A stretch of 11,012 nt of DNA. It comes from Trichoplax adhaerens. Lineage: Eukaryota > Animalia > Placozoa. The notes below the pieces were generated by a model, which had not been told where the DNA came from, did no database searches, and worked only from the letters and a program-made list of their open reading frames with translations. Made by a program: the position numbers and the translations under genes. Location: NCBI RefSeq assembly GCF_000150275.1, contig NW_002061098.1, positions 1-11,012 on the forward strand, written 5' to 3'. Every line of letters starts with the position of its first letter. Positions within the stretch are counted from its first letter, which is position 1. Positions 1-9,408 of the stretch are shown in pieces.

Positions 1-52
1 TCTGATCATATTTTTAATAGCTACAGAGATTCATTAACATTGAGGAAAACAA

Positions 53-1263
53 GTGTGATAGAATCTGATCACGAAAATTTTAAAGTTGTAGAAAATTAGA
101 ACCTTATTAGATCTAATACAAAGACTAGCTACACACAGCTCTACTGTAGCCGAATACAACTACTGAAAGACTTCTAGAAAGAACAACCAGATAATCTAAT
201 GTTTCCTACTTTTATACTCTCCGTAGCCTTCGCCGCTACAATTAGCATAGTAGGATTCTATTATATTTACACGTGTTCAACTTATTATTGGTTACATTAT
301 TTTACAGCGAACCATCATTAATCTAATATGGATATGATTATCGTATTTTCGTAGAAATTATCCCTACCACTCAAAGTAAAATGTACTAAGCATATCCTAA
401 TATATGGTTTACAATTGTTATTCTACCTCTGTCACAAAACAGCTTTGCAACAAGATAACGCAATATACGATCAATAAGTCAATTCCTTAAACCACGTATC
501 AAGGAACGATATCTGCACTATCACAAACACTTTTGCTCTACTAGCAGACTACACAAAGACTTAAACGCCTCGTATTTTACGTTAAACACTAAGTTAGACA
601 ATTCTTCTTTATTTCACGATATACTGCATTTATATACTATTCCTCAATAGTTCATGAGTCATAGTTAATACAATTAACATTAGAATCATTTACTGAATTA
701 GATATTAATTTTAGCTACTGCTCCCTTAATGCAGACAACAGTATTTACGAACATAGACATGTAATGACTAATACAGAATAGTCAGATTACGATATGTCCT
801 ATCACGGAACATTTCCATGATAATTTACAGTCTACCATAAGTAAATTACAATCACAATGATTCGAACTGTAAGCAGATGATTTGCATTCCCTATTATAAC
901 TATTATAATTTCAGTATGTGTATAAGTGTCACTGTCATAAAAAGTCAGTGCTATATTAAAATACAGTATATCCAAATTAGAAGTTAACTAAATAAGGATA
1001 GTCTAACAGAATTATCCTAACATAGTTATTTCTACTGTAATACAGTATTTAACACTGTAACAACCTCTAACCTTATTATTAGCTCAACACCTTACTGCAC
1101 GATATATATATATAGTCACATGTACTCTAGCATAGAGTCTATGCTTACGGTCTATAATTATAGGCTACTAAAGATATTATAAGATAAATATAGAAAAGAC
1201 ACTACCGTACATCATACTAAACATGGCTAATAGTCTACAATCACAACGCTTAGTTACTTTACA
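53..1263 (+). repeat. Dispersed repeat copy A (53-429 + 1063-1263, split by the 430-1062 insertion); probably the decayed 3' end (zf-RVT/CCHC region) of an L1/Tx1-like LINE
   Basis: Aligns colinearly with 7688-8248, e.g. ttattagatctaatacaaaga-y-tagctacacacagct, taatatatggtttac, ataagataaatatagaaa, acatggctaatagtctacaatcaca. A hand count over a 192 nt stretch gave 40 differences (~79% identity). The repeat is certain. The LINE identity is inferred from degraded motifs (KIR..LDL..RL.TH; H-x4-C-x6-W combining both copies; I.IYG; NLI..A...IY). Confidence 0.85.
430..1062. mobile_element. Solo-LTR-like insertion, 633 bp, with 5 bp target-site duplication ACCTC
   Basis: Starts TGTCACA (430) and ends TGTAACA (1062): TG...CA ends with a 6/7 terminal inverted repeat. 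Flanked by ACCTC at 425-429 and 1063-1067. The paralogous copy has the empty site ttttACCTCtaacc (ACCTC at 8059-8063). Minus-strand TATAAA (634-629) then AATAAA (613-608) is only a weak hint of orientation. Confidence 0.8.
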
Positions 1264-1338
1264 ACAATTTAAAACTATGATGTTTCACTGTAACTTAAAT
1301 TAATATTGATATGTAAATTAGTAAGAATGGTACTGTTC

Positions 1339-1568
1339 AAGTGCGTAAGAACACTTTGCTAAATATGGCTAATAATTATGAGCCTCGTATATCAATATGG
1401 ATTATGTTACAGAATGGTTAAAAAGTGTTTGCAATAACGTTACCATGCGGGAGCATACAGCTGTTTTTGATCGCCTCTTAGATTAATAAGTATATTATTA
1501 GCCGTGCCTAGCATATTATATCTCAGTTTAATTGTTAGCCATGTATAGCATAGTGTTCTTACAAACTG
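1339..1568. mobile_element. MITE-like non-autonomous DNA element with ~34-40 bp terminal inverted repeats (Tc1/mariner-like end)
   Basis: 1345-1378 (gtaagaacactttgctaaatatggctaataatta) matches the reverse complement of 1529-1562 at 30/34. The right end reads TA|CAGTTTGTAAG on the minus strand (TA + CAGT, typical of Tc1/mariner); the left end is degenerate (tc|aagtgcgtaag). No ORF inside. Confidence 0.65.
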
Positions 1569-2096
1569 TAAGCCCCTGTGTATAAAGATATCCTGACAGA
1601 ATATCAATGGCCATAGACATCAAATAGTAAATTGCTTCGTTACTATTTCTAGTAGCAATACATATACATTATATTATATATATATAGAAGTCCCCTTATC
1701 GAAACTTATCTACAATACTTGGTCATAGTAGTCTATCATGTTGTAGCCACTAGGTAATAATATTAGTAAAAATGCTTTAGCTATTATAAACTGCACTATA
1801 TTTACTTGTAAATGATCTACCCAAATGTATGTCGCTAATAATCACAGTTATAACACTGCAATCGTAAAATAGTGATACGATAATGCAATTCGGATTGAAA
1901 TTATAGATGCTGAGGAAATGGATAAGCAGGTAAATGCAGTTGATTTATGCTGGTCACTTTTGGGAATTATTTCTAAGATATATCTAATAGCTATCCTGAT
2001 AAGAATAAAACTGTTCCTGGTATATTTTTGTGCACAGATCTAATAAGTTTCCAATTTTTTACAAAATTTGAAAATTCGAGGTCAGTTGTATCATAT

Positions 2097-2336
2097 NNNN
2101 NNNNNNNNNNNNNNNNNNNNNNNNNNNNNNNNNNNNNNNNNNNNNNNNNNNNNNNNNNNNNNNNNNNNNNNNNNNNNNNNNNNNNNNNNNNNNNNNNNNN
2201 NNNNNNNNNNNNNNNNNNNNNNNNNNNNNNNNNNNNNNNNNNNNNNNNNNNNNNNNNNNNNNNNNNNNNNNNNNNNNNNNNNNNNNNNNNNNNNNNNNNN
2301 NNNNNNNNNNNNNNNNNNNNNNNNNNNNNNNNNNNN
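2097..2336. other. Assembly gap (240 N)
   Basis: Run of N; the three ORF-track entries spanning it are artefacts. Confidence 1.
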
Positions 2337-3039
2337 AGTTTGTATCTTTCAAATTAATGCTCGTAAAATTAAAAATTTCTAAATATTATCCAAGATGCTC
2401 TTAAAATTTTAAATTTTAGATTGATACAAAATAGCATTTGAATCGAGTGGGCTACTATTACTAATTATCCTCTGACATTAGTTTCTGAACTGTAAAAGCC
2501 TTAATCCTGTAATACAAGTAAAAAATTTTTCATTATGATTTTCGTTAATTAAAACCGTCGACTTCCAAATGACTGTAGTAAGACTACCACCCAATTATTT
2601 CTGTTAAAAAGATGGCTAATTTTTGATTTAAACCCCTTATTGCACTTATTTATTTAATACCATTAGAAAACTGAATAATTTAAACTAGATAATGAAAATT
2701 TACTGAGAATGATTTGATTTACTGATTTTAAAACCGTTTCAATATATTCTTGTCAAACAGTTCCTTAACACATAATGTATGTAAATTAGGAAGAGTGACG
2801 AACTTGACAACCTAGATACAAGTACAGTATATTTAGGAGTTAAGAATGTTTCAAAGTAAAGGGTGATATTTTAGTCGTTAATTTATTCCTCACTTGGTAA
2901 TTAATCATCCATATGGCTTTAGTACGCTGTATAAAAATTATTACTGACTCTTAGGTGTACGATCAAACCGTGACTTTATATTCTTTATATTGCGAGCTAT
3001 GTATGATTAAGATTAGCCTGTATAGACTAAAACACACAA

Positions 3040-4700
3040 CTTAGCTGTGGTAGTGACACCAGTTAGAATGTTTGTCGCTTTCAACTCACGACAAAGAAAC
3101 CTGGGTCTCTAAATCTGCGTAAATACTAATGCTACAACAGCCAAATGTGCCCCTAACGGACGATGCGTAGACTGGACTTAGGTTTTTGAAATAGTATATT
3201 AACGAAGGTAGTCTTGACATCCAAAACTACTCCAACTACGCGCGTACACTAAATGGTCAAACGTCAACTAACTAGCTAATGAGAGCACCAAGCTTTAGAT
3301 ACTCTAGCTTGGCTGTACTCAGTGCACAACTTAGATAAATAATCTTAAAAACATAAAGCTACGATTAACTTACGGAGTCTGCACTCCGTCACAATATTAT
3401 AATCGTTTTAGTAATAGTTTTGATGATACTACGGACGCTTTCAAGCTCAATTGAAACAAACTGGTCTTGAAGATCGGATAGCAATATTAAATTTATCACG
3501 CTTTATGTTCTTCATGTAGAATATTCCTAATCTAAGACGAAGTCTAGACAAAATAATTTGGAAAAGTATGATAAACTGCCTTCTCCAACATGAACTACAG
3601 TGTCTTGTAATAAGATTAGATTCGTCTTACAACTACCAAGGAATATCTAGTTGTAATCAGACTAAATAATCTTAGTCGCAAGTTTATTTGGGACTGTACT
3701 ACAAAAGGTTATCTCCGAAATATACCTAAATCCAGAAAAATTACTACTACTTGATATTAATGTCTAATCTTTCAATCTTAAAGTTGCTATAGGATTCTAC
3801 CACACCTTCATGAAAATATCCTTGATAAACTATCGTATAAGCCTCCGATAAAATAACTTCGTTATGTCATCCAATACATTAGCGTTTTGTCATGCATCAA
3901 AATCTATTAGACATGCAAATCAAATTTTCTACTCTAATAAAACTATACTCATCTGCTTAACCTTCACAATTACTATGCAGTCATAGAAAAGAAAAGCTCG
4001 CTGTATCATAGAGCTAGTTAATATTTTTGTAATTTCAGGCCAAAGGCCTTTGAAAATGCGTTGTTTTAGCTTGAACTTGACATTCTAAATTCAAAATAGA
4101 TCTCCTATATATCTATACCTTAGCAAAATTAAGTCTAATCCGATTCATTTCGAATTAAAATTTAAAGAAGTTACGTTTCAGAATCCCAAGATGATATTTA
4201 CCATAATTGTTTACTATATTCGTAAATCATGTTAACAAGCATAAATATCGCCGTACGCTGCATTATCACTTACTTTACGCATCTGTCGTAAATACTGTTA
4301 TTACAGGTCAGTATATCTTGCAAAGACGGAACTGGGATAGCTCAAGAGGCACTCCGACAGTCTGGTAGCTAAGATACTCGATCTACTGACTCACAATAAA
4401 CTAGCAACTTTCGATTAGCGAATCCTTTATTTCTCTACTTTTTAAATTGCATGTAACTTAGAGCTAAAAATAGCCCAATATGCGTTGATCCTAAGTTATT
4501 ATATGATGATGTAGGACTAATAATCTCCAAAGAGAAACTCAAATTTAATAATCATGAACACTTGCCTTCAAAAGCTGAGCAAATAACTAAGTGCCGATTA
4601 CTTAGATACGGTACTATTTAAATACTAGCAGTCGTAATGATATGTTTTTACAGACAAGGTTTGATATTTCCTTTACGCAACGCCATTACAAAACTAAAAT
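3040..4700 (+). mobile_element. Highly decayed non-LTR retrotransposon (L1/Tx1-like) ORF2: reverse transcriptase, thumb and probable C-terminal CCHC region; boundaries approximate
   Basis: Motifs occur in the expected order across shifting frames: VDWT*VFEIV (3167; cf. FDxVDWxYL), IQNYSN.AR.LNG (LNG at 3249), HQALDTLAWLY (3286; cf. RQG-DPLSPLLF), FKLN*NK (3440), SLDKIIWKSMI (3541), LSRKFIW (3671-3691), YLNPEKLLLLDI (~3723-3760), LLTHNKLAT (~4383), and *IAC-x8-Y-x4-S (4443-4496; CX2CX8HX4C spacing). No intact YADD; many stops and frameshifts. Confidence 0.6.
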
Positions 4701-5600
4701 TACGACAACTATTTCTCTGATATCTTGCTGAAAGATATTTGTAATATGCTACGTTTTCTTTTGGCCAATGTTATGGAATTAAATTGTTTGCACATTAATA
4801 TATCGTCGAAACTTTCTTGACTCATTTCTAAAATAACTTTTATTCGCGAATGCGATAGCTACAATGATTAGTCTATTATATTAATCTTGCTATCATATTT
4901 GTTATCTAATACTCACAAATTAAATATTCACTGCTATATTTAATGCATTTCTGATAAATAAAATATAAGATTGCACGTTATATTCATTTGATATTTTCAG
5001 CCCTTGCAGATACCTTTAGCCTTTAATGCAAATAGCCATAGAATCACATATCTGTATTGCTACTATTACTTTTTGTGATAATATACATGTTACAACGATA
5101 GTTAGTAATTAATATATTGCAAAACTCATGCTACTATTCGAATAATTAATTTATAAGTATCATACCATGATCCGATTTAATTCTAGGCTTTATCATACAG
5201 CATTTTCTCATAATCTCATTCGCGTTAATTAATAATTACACCCAAAAAATATCCGCCTAGCTTATACTTGACTAAAGCAGCACTTTATCCCATCTTTAAC
5301 ATTTTACGTATCGTTATAAAGTATTAGGAGCAGAATAAATAATTAAATAGTATAGTAAATTGTTCATTATCCACTTAATTTTTATCGATATGCAGTAAAT
5401 TCTATGATTCGTCTCATTGTGTATTGTGGCTAGTTTCTTAGCTGATTAGATGTATCACATTTACTATTTTAAATCTTATCTGCTATTAAATTTAGATTCT
5501 TTCGGATAGCTATGCTATTCTAACTCTTTCGATGTATATATTTTCCATTTTACGTATTACAGCATAGTTTAATCGTATCATGATTATTGTAAGTCAAGCT
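4700..5600 (+). pseudogene. Possible heavily decayed rhodopsin-class GPCR relic
   Basis: Ordered degraded motifs: NYFSDILL (~4707), C (4785)...SKITF...DSY (4854; DRY-like, 23 codons from the Cys vs canonical 24), GFII (5186), FLS*L (5434; TM6 W as TGA), LCYSNS (5510; TM7-like). Requires several frameshifts and could be chance in AT-rich DNA. Confidence 0.3.
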
Positions 5601-5839
5601 GCCTATTGTATGATGCACTATTTAAAGTATTATCTGAGATTATTTCAATGAAGTCTGATTAAAAAATAATTTTCGTAAAATAGATTGAAAAATTAGCTTA
5701 GAGCTCGGTATCTTCAAAGATAGGCTAAATCCATAACTTCAAGCGAAAAGGCCTAATATTCTTATACTAATTAAATGACGGAGTCTTAGGTCGCCATGCC
5801 ACTTTATGCCTCGTGTACGCGTAATCCTAATCGTTGTTT

Positions 5840-6091
5840 TTATTCCCCGGCATCATCTAGTATGCCTCCAACGATCATCGCAATCGCTACCAATTTATTA
5901 GTAAACTCAGGACATAATTCCACATCAAAATTTATGATGGGTGGTCGTATAACTGCACTGTTAGACATAGTTGCGCAATATGGCCCTTGATTGTTATCCT
6001 TACCATCATAATTTGGTGTATTTAAGTATAAAATTGGCGTAGTTTTAACATCAATAATATCATTAACTATTTTTAATTTAATTTTTTCTAA
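5840..6091 (-). CDS. Last recognisable exon, 83 open codons: LEKIKLKIVNDII...CPEFTNKLVAIAMIVGGILDDAGE*
   Basis: Acceptor tatag| at 6092 is in phase with the strong donor GAG|GTAAGA at 6189/6188; a 252 nt open frame is unusual at this AT content. The hydrophobic run LVAIAMIVGGIL is only 12 aa, short for a TM helix. Confidence 0.5.
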   Translation of the reverse strand, partial: LEKIKLKIVNDIIDVKTTPILYLNTPNYDGKDNNQGPYCATMSNSAVIRPPIINFDVELCPEFTNKLVAIAMIVGGILDDAGE

Positions 6092-6817
6092 CTATAATCA
6101 ATAAAAAACTAAATATTAAGATAATTTAGGTATAGTAATTATTATGTGACTGCGATTATTTAACCAGAAGACTATTAATAAGTCTTACCTCTTTAAGTTG
6201 TTGAGTTATGAAAGCGATTGTTTCCTTGAAGCATGCATATTGGTGTCTCTAGTGGTATAATATGGAAAATTCAGTTAGTTGGTTTGAAAGAATACTTGTA
6301 CTATCAAGATATTTACTGTACATATTTAATGGTGCAATAGCATAAATAATAATATGCATAGTATCAAAATGTGTTGCTGTAATGAAGTGTAGCTCCGTAG
6401 ATTATAAGATAAGTAATAATAATTGATTATCCCGGGTTGTTTACCGTTTTGGTAGACAACTATGGGTCATTAATACTAGCTGGTTATAATATTACTTAAT
6501 ATACGGACTAGGATAATCTAGTAGAGACTAAAAATTGGATGGATAAATAAAAAGTACCAGTGGTTTGAAAGAAACCTTAGTAGTTGTGTGACTGTGTGGA
6601 AAGCGTTACTTTTTCCTTAGTAGAAGATTTCCAAGTTAGTGGAAGACTTACGTAATTACTAGAGCACTTGATATAACCAAATCACAAGAGGGGTTTGTGA
6701 CAGTTGCATTAACGGAAATTTTTCTAGATGAAGATTTATGAGTTGAAGTTTGAACTTGTTTCAAATCAGGATCAGCAAGTATATCTAATAGCTACAGTAT
6801 ATGAGAATGGCTTATAA

Positions 6818-6903
6818 ATTCTATACACTCATTAATTAAAGATGACTAGTGTATAGAATACTTTCAAGAATAGAATGCTTTCTTGAAAGCATTCAAATTC
6901 TAT
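6818..6903. repeat. Cluster of short overlapping inverted repeats
   Basis: Perfect 12 bp IR 6818-6829/6848-6859; 14/15 IR 6856-6870/6880-6894; perfect 10 bp IR 6873-6882/6885-6894. Confidence 0.7.
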
Positions 6904-7687
6904 CCAAAATGTATTTTATTGCCATATGCTAAGAAGACTCCTAAGTTTCTCTATTATTGCTATAATATTCAGTAACTATTTGGCGAGAATTCAATATGAT
7001 TGTAAATTACATGAAAATGTGATGGAGGTATGGAAAGTTAATAAGGTATACTAAAGAGGAAATGGCATAATGTAGAAAAGATAAAAGGTATTCGCTCAAG
7101 ATCATTTCTAAGTAACTGACTACAGAATAATAAAATTAGTATCGTAGATTTCAAAGTAAATTAGGCCTGGTAAAGCGTTAAAAACTTAAAATTAGCAATT
7201 ATCTGTATGTTATGTCGAATTCATATATTAATTTTGAAATTATTACTTAATTAAAAAAAATCTCACAAATTTAATTAATGCTTTCATCAGCAGTAGAAAT
7301 TCTTTTCTCGAAAAGATTTAATACTGGTTTTGCACGGATGAAATTTAGCGGACACTTCCAGATCTTGAATTCTGTGAAGGATACCTCCTTCGATTGCAAT
7401 AGCTCCCATATTGTAAGTAATATTCTCAATTAGTTCATTATATTTTGAAACAGGCCAAGTCCTTTTGTTCGTTGCATGCTAATATAAATCATATAATGCA
7501 TATAATTGCCTTAAAATTACATTTCAAAAAAAAGGAATCAGTACAAAAATGTTTTGCCGCTGATAATATCTGCTACTTTCTAACATGCGAGTAATATGTG
7601 CATTGCTTTCATGGTCGATATTACAATAACAATTAGCAACGAGAATTTAATAGAAGTAATATTCTCTGAAGATTTTCTACAACCCTC

Positions 7688-8248
7688 GTGTGATAAAATC
7701 CAATCTCGAAAATTCCAATTTAAAGAAAATTAGAAATTTATTAGATCTAATACAAAGATTAGCTACACACAGCTTTACTCTAGCGGAATACGACTACTGA
7801 AAGACTAATAGAAAGAATTATCAGATGATCTAATGTCGCTTGTTTTATATTCTCCGTAGCCTGCGCAGCTAAAATCAGCATAGCAACATTTTAGCTTATT
7901 TTGCATATAATCAAATTATTACTAGTAACACTTTTTTACAATGGACCATGATTAATCCAATATGGAAACGATTACAGTAATTGCGTAAATATTATTCCTA
8001 CCACTCATAGTACAATGAACTAACTATATCATAATATATGGTTTACTATTCTACTTTTACCTCTAACCTTATTAGTAGCTCAAAATCTGACTATATATAA
8101 TCATCTGTCCTCTAGCATAAAGTCTACCATTTCAGTCCATAATTATGGGCTAGTAAACATATCATAAGATAAATATAGAAACGGCACTATCGTGCATCAT
8201 AATATACATGGCTAATAGTCTACAATCACATTACTAAGTTATTTTACA
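7688..8248 (+). repeat. Dispersed repeat copy B (uninterrupted), antisense within intron 2 of the minus-strand gene; probable LINE 3' fragment
   Basis: Colinear with 53-429 + 1063-1263; carries the empty ACCTC site; shows QHFSLFC-x6-(W in copy A, TAG here). Confidence 0.85.
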
Positions 8249-8399
8249 TGCCGTATATTATACAGTATATAATTAAAATTTCATAACAAGGCGTCATTAT
8301 AATGATAATAATTTCTAAATATTAGATTATGTTTTTAATACAAGATTTTTAATGCTATTAATCTCGATCCTACTGCAATGACAACACAAATTATGAAAC

Positions 8400-8730
8400 T
8401 GGTCTGTACTCAGATATTATCAAAAAGTAGTGCTAATAGAAATAGTAAGCATTATTCTTTGTAAGCTCTAAACAAATAACAGAATTATTAACAAATTTTT
8501 CTATAATGAAGTGCTAAGCTATTAGTGTAATACTAAGAATAGAAAATATATAGTGAGTACGATTAGTAGAAGCCTACGGATACATGACATAATTGGCCAT
8601 ATGGCCCGACCATCTGCTACGCTAAACTTTACCGGTAGTGTCTAGAATTTTGATGCGATTCGAAGTCTTATAAATAGGCTACGTAAACGTCAATTAAATT
8701 TTATTACACTATTATTACCATAAAAAACAC
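8400..8730 (+). pseudogene. Decayed rhodopsin-class (class A) GPCR relic, TM1-TM3, nested antisense in intron 2 of the minus-strand gene
   Basis: VLI(G)NS (N at 8441), TNFSIM (8491), AIS(V for D)IL (8518-8535), HNWPYGPTIC (W 8594, C 8615). Spacing from N1.50 to the D2.50 position is 86 nt (~28-29 aa) and from there to the ECL1 Trp 67 nt (~22 aa), matching class A geometry. Needs small indels. Confidence 0.5.
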
Positions 8731-9082
8731 ATTCTATAGCAATAAATATTATGCAAAATATAATTAAAGTTCTAAATAATGTGTATTTTGTTAAAATAGT
8801 ATTCGAAATTGCTTTTGAGCGAGAAATATGATATTGATGCTCGTAATACATCAACTTATCTTTCCTAGATAAATTAGTTGATAAAATGGACAGGCATAAT
8901 TATTTTGTTGATTAGACTATCTTTGTTCCAATTTGTTACATGAAGAAACTTATTATCAATCAACATAGTTTTATAGGCAAGGACTGTTCACTTACCATTA
9001 GTTTTGGACGCATAGGAAAATCGATTGGTAGAATATAGGCTACTTGAGCCATGCAGTCTATAGCTGTCATGGCTTTGCTTAC

Positions 9083-9324
9083 ATTCTTATGATGTTCCCC
9101 CACTTGTCGCTTAAATTCCCTCAGATACGTAGTTTTGCTGCAATTCATATCAAGATTGCGTACACGACTAGTTGTTCTACCCCAATATATAGTTGCATTA
9201 AATAACAACATGGTGATGAACCATCCTAAAGCGAGATCGAATTAGATATTAGTATAGTTTTGATCAGCAGCAAATATAATTTATTAGATAGTATACCAAG
9301 TTTGTGTATGATTAAATACGCCAT
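9083..9324 (-). CDS. Exons 1-2 of the minus-strand gene (9324-9297 + 9225-9083): MAYLIIHKLGWFITMLLFNATIYWGRTTSRVRNLDMNCSKTTYLREFKRQVGEHHKN
   Basis: 71 bp phase-1 intron gtatac...ctaat...tttag; phase-0 donor AAT|GTAAGC at 9083/9082; 171 nt open; explains ORF-track entry 8960..9211. Confidence 0.65.
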
Positions 9325-9408
9325 GCACTATGACGATTTTTGGGGTTGAATTGGTAGTTAACAGCATATTTTATTATCATACTTTTCCAAGATGCTATTA
9401 CACAGTCG

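Larger units (their letters stand above)
5840..9324 (-). pseudogene. Decayed multi-exon gene for a secreted or cell-surface protein: signal peptide, 4-Cys helical (cytokine-like) domain, Ser/Thr-rich region, C-terminal domain
   Basis: Putative exons (minus): 9324-9297, 9225-9083, 7676-7545, 7478-7267, 7202-~6862, 6784-6558, 6479-6189, 6091-5840. All introns are GT...AG with lengths 71, 1406, 66, 64, 77, 78, 97. Exons 1-2 are open and encode MAYLIIHKLGWFITMLLFNATIYWG (signal-peptide-like). Lesions: TAA at 7649-7647, a 1-nt loss near 7311-7314, and several stops and frameshifts in exons 5-7. The link between the 5' and 3' halves (exon 5) is the weakest part. Confidence 0.6.

Noticed and set aside
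1102-1114. Short (TA)n runs here and near 1676-1686 and 10394-10407
   Set aside because: Ordinary microsatellites in AT-rich DNA.
1877-2043. ~55 codon open stretch (DNAIRIEIIDAEEMDKQ) with donor-like CAG|GTAAAT
   Set aside because: No in-phase acceptor or partner exon found; adjacent to the gap.
2028-2382. Three ~100 aa ORFs in the ORF track
   Set aside because: They are almost entirely X from the N gap.
2050-2430. Short inverted matches either side of the gap suggesting a foldback element
   Set aside because: Only 8-9 bp low-complexity matches in inconsistent order.
3372-3389. Small hairpins and palindromes (acggagt-ctgc-actccgt; caaaggcctttg 4041-4052; ggccatatggcc 8595-8606)
   Set aside because: Short, isolated and expected by chance; no terminator context in a eukaryotic sequence.
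5796-5990. 64 aa plus-strand ORF
   Set aside because: Antisense shadow of the minus-strand exon 6091-5840.
6280-6573. 13 bp direct repeat tggtttgaaagaa (6280-6292, 6561-6573)
   Set aside because: Does not extend into a longer duplication; only two copies, not CRISPR-like.
5840-9324. Alternative genetic code (TAA/TAG read as sense) to explain in-frame stops
   Set aside because: Frameshifts and TGA stops also occur, so ordinary pseudogene decay or assembly error explains it better.
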